Virus record (IMG/VR): IMGVR_UViG_3300033076_001232
Location: 78,435 to 142,434 of that record
Length of the DNA: 64,000 bases
Direction: 5' to 3' (one strand)
Source of the DNA: a virus
Lineage: Duplodnaviria > Heunggongvirae > Uroviricota > Caudoviricetes
Part shown: piece after piece, positions 1 through 9,534 of the stretch
Layout: the number at the start of each line of letters is the position of its first letter
Numbering within the stretch: position 1 is the stretch's first letter
The notes under the pieces: model-generated
Databases searched by the model: none
What the model saw: the letters and a program-made list of their open reading frames with translations, nothing else
Told to the model about the DNA's origin: nothing
Made by a program: the position numbers and the translations under genes

Positions 1-1
1 T

Positions 2-1315
2 GAAGATGATTGGTTTAATATTGCTGGAACATATTCAGGATCACCAAACTCTTCCGTATTAACTACCGCATCTCTTACCATTAATTCTAATGTTGGAAAC
101 TCCTCATCTTCTAATAGTAACGTGACGTATTATAAGATGGGTCCATCTGAAATTTATTCTCTTGATGAAATTGGTATGAGTGGTCCTTATTATAATGTAA
201 GCTATCTTGCCTCTTCGGGTTCTCTTGGACTTGGTGGATCTAGCTTGGTTTTTTCGGTGGATCAATCTACATACGGAGCTACCGCTTCGTTTGTAAATCA
301 ATATTTTCATTCGACGAATGAGGTTTTTTATTTTATTCCGAATACCACTGATTTGGTAAAAACTGATACTCCTAGTCCGGTAAGAATGAAGAGTATCATA
401 GATAAATCAGCTTGGGACATAGCCAGATTATCATATTTGTCTAATGATGCTTTTTCTTTAGGAAGCTATATACTCCCTGAAGGAGTTAAGGATGTGCTGG
501 TGAATAAATTATGTATAACCGATTATACCACAACTTCACCAAACACCCTGACTAATTTAAATACTACGAGAGGATGGGAAATATCTGACATAGTTGAGCT
601 TTTAAAGAATACCTACTATTCATCATCATCTTCTAAATTCCTAGAAAACTGGAGTTCTTTCCCTATCTCCAAAGAGCTTTTTAGTTCCAGTGTTGGTGGT
701 TATAATTGGACGGGTGGATATTCTTTTTCTGGATATTATGCTGGAATTTTAGTTCCGTCGTCTTACTTTTTTGAAATATACTACGGAAGTGGGATTACGG
801 TCAGTCTATCTGCAAATGTTTATAACTCTGCTGGTGTTCTACTAGGTTCTGAGACTATCGAATTATCAGCAAGAAGTGATCAGGGTAACAGCCCAGATGG
901 CTTTATAATGACCACAAATAATACAGCTCATGGATCAAGAATTGGTATAGCAAAGATTATAAATGATGCTTTGAATCTTGGTAATTTTAGCGGGAATTTT
1001 TTAATAGAATCCAGTACAGCATATACAGCATATCACCAGCAAACCAGTGATTATTTTCCTGGTATGAGAATATCGATATTAGATCCATATAACTCCTATT
1101 ATGATGATAATATTGGCTATATCTCTATTAATTGGTCTAATACATATTTAAGTGGTTTAGTCTCCTTGAGAATTACTGATTCATCACCTCTATTTGCTTC
1201 ATTTACTTCAGATGGAGCCACGAGTTTTACTGGTATCAGAAACACTGCTTGTAGACTTACTCCTACATATACTAGAGTAAGAAAAGGCTGGATAATGGGA
1301 GGAGAAATTGGATAA
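2..1315 (+). CDS. 5'-truncated Ser/Gly/Tyr-rich putative virion structural protein
   Basis: The frame is open from position 2 (GAA GAT GAT TGG...), in frame with track ORF 122..1315, so the true start lies upstream of the window. Composition matches the neighbouring structural genes. Confidence 0.6.
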   Translation, partial: EDDWFNIAGTYSGSPNSSVLTTASLTINSNVGNSSSSNSNVTYYKMGPSEIYSLDEIGMSGPYYNVSYLASSGSLGLGGSSLVFSVDQSTYGATASFVNQYFHSTNEVFYFIPNTTDLVKTDTPSPVRMKSIIDKSAWDIARLSYLSNDAFSLGSYILPEGVKDVLVNKLCITDYTTTSPNTLTNLNTTRGWEISDIVELLKNTYYSSSSSKFLENWSSFPISKELFSSSVGGYNWTGGYSFSGYYAGILVPSSYFFEIYYGSGITVSLSANVYNSAGVLLGSETIELSARSDQGNSPDGFIMTTNNTAHGSRIGIAKIINDALNLGNFSGNFLIESSTAYTAYHQQTSDYFPGMRISILDPYNSYYDDNIGYISINWSNTYLSGLVSLRITDSSPLFASFTSDGATSFTGIRNTACRLTPTYTRVRKGWIMGGEIG

Positions 1316-1339
1316 ATCGATAACAAATAGAATAATAAA

Positions 1340-4300
1340 ATGCCGAGTTACAATATAGCTATAAATCAAATAGACACGGATAACGAGTTTTTCGTTTGGG
1401 GATGTGGACAAGACTTAAGAAGGTTTAATGGATCCTCCTGGGAATATTATAATTACACAAACTCAGCAGTTCCTAGTTCATCTCCATATTATTTAGATAC
1501 GAGATCGATATCAATAGATCCTGAAGATAAAGTTTGGTGTGGAGTAGCACAAGGTCCAACCGCTGGGTTAAATGAAGTTGCGGTGTTTTATGTTAATTCA
1601 AACGACGTTTATGAAGGTGAGAGATGGAATTTTTCTGATCTTGGAACATTTACCGAGCCCCAAGAGATCTCACACATCTACGCTTGTCCTTTTGGAGATG
1701 ATATTTTAGCTTTCTCTACCCCGTTAAATGGAATAGGTGGAACTGGAGCCTCCGGTTATGTTTCTAGTGAAATCAACGGAGTTACTGGAGGAAGACTTTT
1801 TTATTATCTAAAAGAAACCGATGAATGGAAAGAGACAGTTCCAGATTATACATGGCCTCACATATATGACATAAGAGCCAAAGGATACGACGGTAAGGAC
1901 TATTTTTATTATGTCGGTACATCTGAGGGATTATTCACTATACCTCAGGGAACTTTAGAGTATAATTCCCTAATTGGCGGGGAAAAATATATTGAACAAG
2001 CCACAGTCTATAATACAAAAACCAGCGGGATCATTTCGGATTATATTTACAGTTTAGATCTAGACGAGAATGGTAATCTTTGGATAGGAACAGATTTGGG
2101 ACTTTCATTTTTCGACGGCTACCAATTCTGGAATTATCCGATTTCTACAGGTCCTATAACTAAGGTGGTTTCTAGACCTAATGGCCATGTTTTCTATTCA
2201 TCCGGTGATGGTGAAAAGTCGGAGGGTACTGGTATTTGGCATTTTAACGGAACAACCCATACGCAATTCAATTTATCTAACTCTAGCTTACCTGATAATA
2301 ATGTGTTGGATATCAAATTGGTCAATAGAAACATAACTCAAAACGGCCTGACTGTTTATGAGAATTCTCTATGGGTTTTAAGTGTGAATGAGATTTCTGC
2401 ATTTAATTACGATATTCCGCATGTCTACGGATCATCTAAATATGAAGGTGCAACCGGATGGAATTTTACATACTTCACAGGAACAGGAGGAACTAGTGCT
2501 CCTCTACCAAAAGTTGACAAATATACTTGGCTTTATCCTGATTGGAGGACTTACCAGGACGATTATCTTGCTCTTAAATTTCCTGGATTAGATCCTAGAA
2601 ATCTATTTCTAACAACAGAACTTGAAGCCATAGCGGATGGAAGAGCTGGAGAGCAAGCTTACTGGGACAATTGGCCGGTTGCTTCTTATGAGCAATCATT
2701 AATTGTTGAATCTATAACCGGACCGAATTGGAATTCTGTTATACAAGTGGTACAACAGTCCAGTGCGGGAGTAACTGGATATGTGAATATTACATCGTCA
2801 ACATCGATCACTACCAAAGACGGTACTAAGTATTATGTTGGTGGGTACATCACTGGGGATTTGGTAGTTGACTTTGGTTATTATAATGATTCTTCATTAG
2901 CTACACTTTCACAATTAAATCCAACTATAGGAGGATCTACGAATGTATCTGTAGACGATTACAGCTCCTTAGATAATGGAAAGATGGGATTCATAGTTTC
3001 TTATAATGAAAAGGGAAATGTTGATTCGATACTTCCTTTCAGAGGATACAGTACGGAAATCCAAGATTTGGCTCCTTCCCCAGACGGTGAATTTATAATT
3101 GCTACCGGAATATTCGATAGGTTTATGGAAAGTGGACCTTATGTTTGGGATTCTAAGGAGGGAGAGGTAGTTTTAAGAGGTGGACCAACCGGTGCTCCTT
3201 CCGGTGTAACTACGAGGAATGTTGCCGGTCTAACGTCAGGCTCTTATCCTTGGATTTATCAGGACTCTTTTTTAATTAATGATGACTGGACATATCTCAA
3301 CTCTGATTTTGGTCAAACATCTACGAGATTTGATTTGGGGTTTTCTGGATCTGCAACTTGGGAAAACATAGATAGAATATACGTCAACTATGATTCAGTT
3401 GGTGGTAATTATTCTTCTGATATGAACTCTCTGACTACTGCGAATTCAATCAGACTTAATTACGTACCGACCTTTGCTAGAGCTTATTACACAATAAAAT
3501 CTATAGTTACCTTACCTAATAATCCTACTGGGCTATTATTTAATGTCGCATATTCGGAATTTCAGAATGTCGGAGCAACTTCCGGTACTTTTGCACAGAC
3601 CAGCGGTGACACTTTCAATTTAGATTTTTGGGATTCCAGTCAATATTCATATCCACTAGTAACTGATCTTTCTTCAAGATCCACAGTTTGGAATGCTAAT
3701 GACTATACAGCCAATTCTATCTTTGTTGCAAAAATAGGATCAGATCTGGGTAATACGTTTACTTTTAATGGCTTAGCTGCTACTGGGGATTATAACCGTA
3801 ATTTAAGAAGTTCATATAGAGGACTTTCATTCAGAAATTTCCCTGGTAAATATTTCTTAGATTCAACTTTGGGTGACATTAAAGAATCTAAGGTTGATGT
3901 AACCAAATATTCTGTTAATCTAGGTTTAAGATCTACTCCATATTTTACTCCCACGTCTTATACAGCTGAGATTAGTACATTAAAAAACTCTTGGGTAAGA
4001 AGTAATGACTATACGTCAGCTCCTGATTATATTTTAGGCTCTACCACCGACATATCTCAAAACTGGACATATGATTCAGTTTTATCATACGTTAGATTGT
4101 CAGTGGATGATCTAGCTCTTGTGTCTGGATCTACTTCGGAAAGCATTTATCCAGGAACTGGATCTACCTCTGCCGATCGAATGATTAAATCGGTTAAATC
4201 ATCGGAAGATAATAATTCCACGTTAATATCCGGCGTTTCTAACAGGAACTTTAATTTCGGTGGAATTGGTCTAACTGGGATATCTGATGTCTATACTCCT

Positions 4301-5422
4301 TTCTACGAGATATTGAATAATGATGGTATTGGAGTAACTGGATCTTTCCTAAATGGAACAACCGGATCTTCATCATATCCAGTAGCAGCTAAAGATGATT
4401 CATCTTACTACTTAACATCCGTTTTTGGAACAGCTGGATTCTATTTTGGTGATAATTTTTCTTCTGGTATGACGGAAGGAACTAATTTGTTAACAGCAAG
4501 AATAACTGGACAGGGTACAACTCTAAGTACTTTTAATAATCACATAGATCTAGATCCTGTTGGAATATCTTTGGAGAATGCTTGGATTTTACCTAACGAT
4601 AATTATCTAATCGATTATAGAGAAACAACTGGAGCAACATCATATTCGGTAGGACTACTAAAAACTAATAGGTTAAATAAAAACCTTGATAGTAAGGTTA
4701 TCCAGATCTCGGAAAATAATACTTTTAATCAGAATATAAGTCTAACCTCCAACGTTGATTCATCCGGAAATATACTCTTATCCGGATACAACTACGGTGC
4801 AACTGGATCTGGATTCATAGATGTTGATCAAAATTCAGGATTTACTTTTTTAAGTAAACAATACGTACCTGATTTGGGCATAAATTTAGGAAACATAATA
4901 TCCAGAGCAGGATCTGGAGCTTGGACGTGGTGCGACGTACACTCCACAGATAGAGGAATGCAGGTTCCTCTCCTCTCTACTGTTATTTTCAGCAATTATG
5001 CTTCCAATATCTACGGAAAGCAGAATAACACATGGATACTTTCAAATTCAATAACCGGAGAAGAGATACTTAATGTGAAAAGTACACCTTACTTTATATT
5101 TACATTCTCTGAAGCTGGCAATTACACTATATTTAATCAGGTAGAAGATTCATTCGGAAACGTTTATGCAGTTACCAAGCCTGGATTTATAGAGGTTGTC
5201 AATCACAAAGTTAAAAAACCAGAAGATAAGAATCCTGATTATGTTGATTCATTCGACTACGGTCAACCTGAACCTTTTGCAGGAAGAGACACTCAAGCTC
5301 TCAAATTATCCAAGGATTTAGCAGAGGAGCAAAGAAGAATTATGGAGCAAGCACCACAACCACCAATAGGGACAGGATTAGTTATTCCAAATAACCCTGA
5401 CGCTACATTTAGGGAAGATTAA
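1340..5422 (+). CDS. Large putative tail/virion protein with beta-propeller repeats and C-terminal PKD/Ig-like domain
   Basis: 1360 aa. Two-component-regulator-propeller-like repeats (IISDYIYSLDLDENGNLWIGTDLGLSFFDG; SSLPDNNVLDI) and a PKD-like end (FTFSEAGNYTIFNQVEDSFGN). Confidence 0.6.
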   Translation: MPSYNIAINQIDTDNEFFVWGCGQDLRRFNGSSWEYYNYTNSAVPSSSPYYLDTRSISIDPEDKVWCGVAQGPTAGLNEVAVFYVNSNDVYEGERWNFSDLGTFTEPQEISHIYACPFGDDILAFSTPLNGIGGTGASGYVSSEINGVTGGRLFYYLKETDEWKETVPDYTWPHIYDIRAKGYDGKDYFYYVGTSEGLFTIPQGTLEYNSLIGGEKYIEQATVYNTKTSGIISDYIYSLDLDENGNLWIGTDLGLSFFDGYQFWNYPISTGPITKVVSRPNGHVFYSSGDGEKSEGTGIWHFNGTTHTQFNLSNSSLPDNNVLDIKLVNRNITQNGLTVYENSLWVLSVNEISAFNYDIPHVYGSSKYEGATGWNFTYFTGTGGTSAPLPKVDKYTWLYPDWRTYQDDYLALKFPGLDPRNLFLTTELEAIADGRAGEQAYWDNWPVASYEQSLIVESITGPNWNSVIQVVQQSSAGVTGYVNITSSTSITTKDGTKYYVGGYITGDLVVDFGYYNDSSLATLSQLNPTIGGSTNVSVDDYSSLDNGKMGFIVSYNEKGNVDSILPFRGYSTEIQDLAPSPDGEFIIATGIFDRFMESGPYVWDSKEGEVVLRGGPTGAPSGVTTRNVAGLTSGSYPWIYQDSFLINDDWTYLNSDFGQTSTRFDLGFSGSATWENIDRIYVNYDSVGGNYSSDMNSLTTANSIRLNYVPTFARAYYTIKSIVTLPNNPTGLLFNVAYSEFQNVGATSGTFAQTSGDTFNLDFWDSSQYSYPLVTDLSSRSTVWNANDYTANSIFVAKIGSDLGNTFTFNGLAATGDYNRNLRSSYRGLSFRNFPGKYFLDSTLGDIKESKVDVTKYSVNLGLRSTPYFTPTSYTAEISTLKNSWVRSNDYTSAPDYILGSTTDISQNWTYDSVLSYVRLSVDDLALVSGSTSESIYPGTGSTSADRMIKSVKSSEDNNSTLISGVSNRNFNFGGIGLTGISDVYTPFYEILNNDGIGVTGSFLNGTTGSSSYPVAAKDDSSYYLTSVFGTAGFYFGDNFSSGMTEGTNLLTARITGQGTTLSTFNNHIDLDPVGISLENAWILPNDNYLIDYRETTGATSYSVGLLKTNRLNKNLDSKVIQISENNTFNQNISLTSNVDSSGNILLSGYNYGATGSGFIDVDQNSGFTFLSKQYVPDLGINLGNIISRAGSGAWTWCDVHSTDRGMQVPLLSTVIFSNYASNIYGKQNNTWILSNSITGEEILNVKSTPYFIFTFSEAGNYTIFNQVEDSFGNVYAVTKPGFIEVVNHKVKKPEDKNPDYVDSFDYGQPEPFAGRDTQALKLSKDLAEEQRRIMEQAPQPPIGTGLVIPNNPDATFRED

Positions 5423-6168
5423 GGATTTTTTTCCTCCCAATCATCAAATGTTTCCTCTATAATTTTAACAATAGGATCTCTTACGATATCTGCAACCTCA
5501 AACTTCATTGTTCCTATATCTGGCTTGCTTTCAAACAGATTGACTACTAAATCTAGTGATGATAGCTTGGAGTTTTTCATGTCGATTTGTTTAGTGTCTC
5601 CTGTAATGATCATCTTTGTGTCTGTGCCTATCCTCGTCATAGTAGATCTCATGTTCTTGCGGGTAATGTTCTGAGCTTCGTCGACAATGATAATTGAATT
5701 ATCGATGGATCTACCTCTAATGTATGCTAAAGGTAAAACTTCAATAAATCCTTGATCTAGCATAATCTGCGTCATTGCTTCTCCTATTAACTTATGGAAG
5801 TTGTCTAGGAATGATATAGTAAATGGGTACATCTTTTCTTTAAGATCCCCTTTTAGGAATCCAACCTCCTCTCCTTCAAGTACAGTAACACTTTTAACTA
5901 GAATAATTTTTTTAAATCTAGGATCACTCTTTAGAAGCTTTAATGCCTGAGCACACGCAACATATGTTTTACCAGTTCCTGCTGGTCCTGCGGCTATTGT
6001 TATTTTATTTTGATTTATCAGACCTATAAGTTTTTTCTGACTTTCGTTTTTATACTTATATTCAACTTTAAGTCTTTGTACATCAAATTTGGATGAATTT
6101 GGTGGTTGATATCCGATAGGAAATGTTTCATAAAACTCATCATCGGTCATTCTTTTCTTTCTAGCCAT
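5419..6168 (-). CDS. phoH: PhoH-family ATPase
   Basis: GPAGTGKT Walker A, YIRGRS, IIVDEAQN, ITGDTKQID and DIVRDPIV motifs. Confidence 0.93.
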   Translation of the reverse strand: MARKKRMTDDEFYETFPIGYQPPNSSKFDVQRLKVEYKYKNESQKKLIGLINQNKITIAAGPAGTGKTYVACAQALKLLKSDPRFKKIILVKSVTVLEGEEVGFLKGDLKEKMYPFTISFLDNFHKLIGEAMTQIMLDQGFIEVLPLAYIRGRSIDNSIIIVDEAQNITRKNMRSTMTRIGTDTKMIITGDTKQIDMKNSKLSSLDLVVNLFESKPDIGTMKFEVADIVRDPIVKIIEETFDDWEEKNP

Positions 6169-6354
6169 TTAATATTTGTTTTTTTGTTTTGATTGGGTAT
6201 GATTCACCCTTAAGGTAACCCTTAAAAATTAGAGATATTTTTCGTGATTTGGAGAAATAAAACATCTTTTTTGTAGTTAAAGAGATGTCTTTAAAATATT
6301 TTTTAAGGAGTTTGAATCTTTGTCCCTTCATATTTAAGTGTTGTCTGTGACATC

Positions 6355-6362
6355 GATATATA
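6355..6362 (+). promoter_or_regulatory. GATATATA putative late promoter
   Basis: Exact motif 30 nt upstream of ATG 6393; recurs at many gene junctions. Confidence 0.65.
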
Positions 6363-6392
6363 TTTCGCTTTTAAAACAAACAACTAACAAAA

Positions 6393-7298
6393 ATGGCAAC
6401 TGTAAACATTAATGAAATTTTAGGTTCGGATTCAATATCTGGATCCAGAGTAACCATTAACTCCAATTTCCTGACTCTTCAGAATTGGATTAATGGATAT
6501 GTTAACGTATTTGGAATCGATACTGTTAACGGCATTTTAGATCTCACTGGTGCTTCAACCGGTAGAATCTCTGCTAAGATTGGTAAGTTTGATTCCATTT
6601 CACTTCCATCAACTGGTGCATCGACAGCATCTATTAATAATCTAGGTCAAGCTTCTTTTGCTAGTGTACAAACCACTACATTTACAGCTTCTGGAGCCGT
6701 TACAGCTTCTTCAACGATAACATTTGGTACATCCTCAGTTTTCACAGTAGGAGGTACAGCAAGCTTCAATGGACCGTTAAGCGCTAATGCAGCTTTATAC
6801 CTCGGAGTTCAAGGACATGTAATAAGCCAGAATACAACATATTCTTCAGGAGCTACTGCAGGTACAGCATTTCCGGCTAATACAGCAGGAGGTGGTGGTA
6901 GATACACATCGGTGAATTCCCCTTATGCTGTAACAGGTTTGGAAGACGTTATTTACGCTGAGTGTGGTCCAACTGGATTCTATATGAAAGTTGTTGACGG
7001 AACTTCTCCGGTAGGTGGAACTCTTCCTAACTTACCACAGGGAACTAGAATTACCATAGTAAATACTACTGCAGCTACTGGATACATCCGTACAGGAGTA
7101 ACTGGATCAACTAGTTACTACACTGGATTTAATACTGCTTCTGCTTATGGAGGATTTTCTACGTCAGGAATTGTTATCCCTCAGAATAAAGCATACAGAT
7201 CATCAGTTACTTTACAATGGGAACCTAGAGTTGGTCAGGGACAAGCTACACAAAACGGATCTTGGATAGTTATCGGATCTTCTAATGTGACAGTTTAA
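6393..7298 (+). CDS. Putative baseplate/fibre-attachment protein
   Basis: N-terminus INEILGSDSISGSRVTINSNF resembles the D..x..KINxNF motif of T4 gp9/gp10 N-termini and of the three fibre genes at 18.6-23.5 kb; Thr/Ser/Gly-rich. Confidence 0.5.
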   Translation: MATVNINEILGSDSISGSRVTINSNFLTLQNWINGYVNVFGIDTVNGILDLTGASTGRISAKIGKFDSISLPSTGASTASINNLGQASFASVQTTTFTASGAVTASSTITFGTSSVFTVGGTASFNGPLSANAALYLGVQGHVISQNTTYSSGATAGTAFPANTAGGGGRYTSVNSPYAVTGLEDVIYAECGPTGFYMKVVDGTSPVGGTLPNLPQGTRITIVNTTAATGYIRTGVTGSTSYYTGFNTASAYGGFSTSGIVIPQNKAYRSSVTLQWEPRVGQGQATQNGSWIVIGSSNVTV

Positions 7299-7318
7299 TT
7301 ATAAAATTAGAAAAATAA

Positions 7319-9517
7319 ATGGCAAAGACACCTTTCATAAGGCCTTTACAGATACAGGGAGGAACTTTCTATACCTTTTCATCGTCAGCAGAAGATCTCT
7401 CTTTTACTTTCAATAATTCTGTAAATAAATTCAGATTTTCAAAGTTTGCTTTGTTAAATATCCCAGATATTGACAATAGCTCTAGTTCTTATGATAATAT
7501 TATCAGATTGAATGGACCTGACAGCGCTTTTTTAGATTGGGCTAATAACACTCAACAGATAATAACAGGTAATGCCAACATTGATTTCTCTCAGAGTTTT
7601 CAGAGTTATTGTTTGAATTTAGAAAGCACAGTAATTAGTACAGACGATTATAATTCCGATCTAAAGCAGAATGTTTCTGAGAGAATATTTTTTAAATGGT
7701 TAAGAGAAATCGGGGCCATAAGATTTAGAGCTGCGAATAGCTCGGAGGTAGTTTCCACGTTAGATCAGAATACGGTAACAACAGTAAGTGGACTTCCCGT
7801 TACTGAGAAAAGATATGTAGAAGGTGATGCTACAGCAGGAACTACTGGAGCATATGGAATGACTGGAGCTTCTTATAATAGAGTAGTCCAATATATCGGT
7901 AACCTTGATATCGTCAACTCAGTTAAAAATTCTACCAACACGTATTCTGAGGTTTACGTTATGGTTCCAACCAAAGACGGTAATACTCCTTCCGTACTTT
8001 TTAAAAATATAGTAGATCAGAATTATTATCCAGATTATCAATGGACGAACGATCCTAGTAATCCTTTGAATGATGAGTATCTTTTCGGAAGAAATTATGA
8101 TGATGTCAACCCTAGCGGTTTGACAACTTTGGCTATTTTTGATGATGATGTTCTTGGATCTCCTACTGCTACTTATTTTGACACTGGAGTAAGTGGGGCA
8201 ACCGCTTCAGGTAATTGGTATTCTCCGAGAGATACCGCTAATACCTATTTTACTGATCCATCGTTTGTGGATCCCTCCAATTATATACTAACTAAGTCGG
8301 ATAACTCACAATCATTAACTTATGTTAGAAGTAAGCTCGACTCTATAGGGATAGACTTCGATCCAAATTCATACCAGCAAATAGTATCAGATCCGAATAT
8401 ATCAACATTAGAAGAATTTAATTCAACCGCAGCGGCAGCAGATTTTGAGTTTAATGCAGTTTTAATCTATTATGATGTATATGATCCAGCTAACACTTCA
8501 GATGTTGCTACGAACTTATATGGGGTTCTTTTCTTAGATGATGTTAATATTACTAGTGGTGATGTATTCATTCCTAGATTACAAAAGAATAGACCAAATC
8601 CAGTAACAAAATTAAACGGTAACTCTTACGGATTTAAGATCAATCTTAAATTTGATACCGACATAGATCAGACTGGAGTAGAACAGGCGATAAATGATTA
8701 TTCACCATTCTCATTGTCCATGTTCATGGATGCGATGAACGTCCTACAAGATGCTAGTTCGACCTTAAATAATACTGTTGTTCAATTCATAGATGTATCG
8801 GAGAGGGTTTCTAATCTTGAAACTTTGGTTCTTTCTACTGAAACATCTCTGGATCTGAATGCAAGAATAACATCGCTGGAACAAACGATAGCTGCAAATC
8901 AGGCACTATTCAATAACACGCAAGCTGTTATGAACCTGATTAATCAGAACTATGATTTGGTTAGAGCATTAATAAATAACGAGACTAGTGTAGAGGTTTC
9001 GTATAATTTGGATTTGTTGAAACAAGGAACTGGAATTCTTTTAGATAGAGCAGTTCCTAATGAGGTTACAGTTAAAAACAGTAATCAGGATTTCAATATT
9101 GGAGCCAATAATGGTAAGGGTACTTTAACCCAAACCGGGGCCAATGAGATAGCCCTATTGGAATTTTCCAACTATTTTAAACACGTAAATAACGGAAATC
9201 CAATTACTCTTACCCAAGACTTAACTATCCGTATTAAGGATACAAATAAATGGAAGAATGGGCAAAGATTTAGATTCTCATTTGGAGATCCGATATACCC
9301 AGGTAATTTCTTAGTAAAGATCTTAACTGATTCACAAGGTCTTTATCCTTTAACTAGTCCTAGTGGAGTTGCTTACTCGACTAACATTATAACATTGGAT
9401 GAATCTATTTTCTCTAGTGAATCTTACAAACCTGTTTTTGAGATAGTTTGTATAGATCAGCAAAATTTGAAATTCCAGGTTGATATAATAGGAAAAAGTT
9501 TGACCAACAATAATTAA
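7319..9517 (+). CDS. Putative virion structural protein (baseplate/tail region)
   Basis: 732 aa ORF in the structural operon with a central coiled coil (ERVSNLETL...RITSLEQTIAAN). No recognised catalytic motif. Confidence 0.5.
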   Translation: MAKTPFIRPLQIQGGTFYTFSSSAEDLSFTFNNSVNKFRFSKFALLNIPDIDNSSSSYDNIIRLNGPDSAFLDWANNTQQIITGNANIDFSQSFQSYCLNLESTVISTDDYNSDLKQNVSERIFFKWLREIGAIRFRAANSSEVVSTLDQNTVTTVSGLPVTEKRYVEGDATAGTTGAYGMTGASYNRVVQYIGNLDIVNSVKNSTNTYSEVYVMVPTKDGNTPSVLFKNIVDQNYYPDYQWTNDPSNPLNDEYLFGRNYDDVNPSGLTTLAIFDDDVLGSPTATYFDTGVSGATASGNWYSPRDTANTYFTDPSFVDPSNYILTKSDNSQSLTYVRSKLDSIGIDFDPNSYQQIVSDPNISTLEEFNSTAAAADFEFNAVLIYYDVYDPANTSDVATNLYGVLFLDDVNITSGDVFIPRLQKNRPNPVTKLNGNSYGFKINLKFDTDIDQTGVEQAINDYSPFSLSMFMDAMNVLQDASSTLNNTVVQFIDVSERVSNLETLVLSTETSLDLNARITSLEQTIAANQALFNNTQAVMNLINQNYDLVRALINNETSVEVSYNLDLLKQGTGILLDRAVPNEVTVKNSNQDFNIGANNGKGTLTQTGANEIALLEFSNYFKHVNNGNPITLTQDLTIRIKDTNKWKNGQRFRFSFGDPIYPGNFLVKILTDSQGLYPLTSPSGVAYSTNIITLDESIFSSESYKPVFEIVCIDQQNLKFQVDIIGKSLTNNN

Positions 9518-9534
9518 AAACAAAGGTACCTAAA

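Noticed and set aside
6205-6226. CCCTTAA direct repeat and small TTAAGG/CCTTAA hairpin between phoH and gene 6393
   Set aside because: Too short and AT-rich to distinguish from chance.
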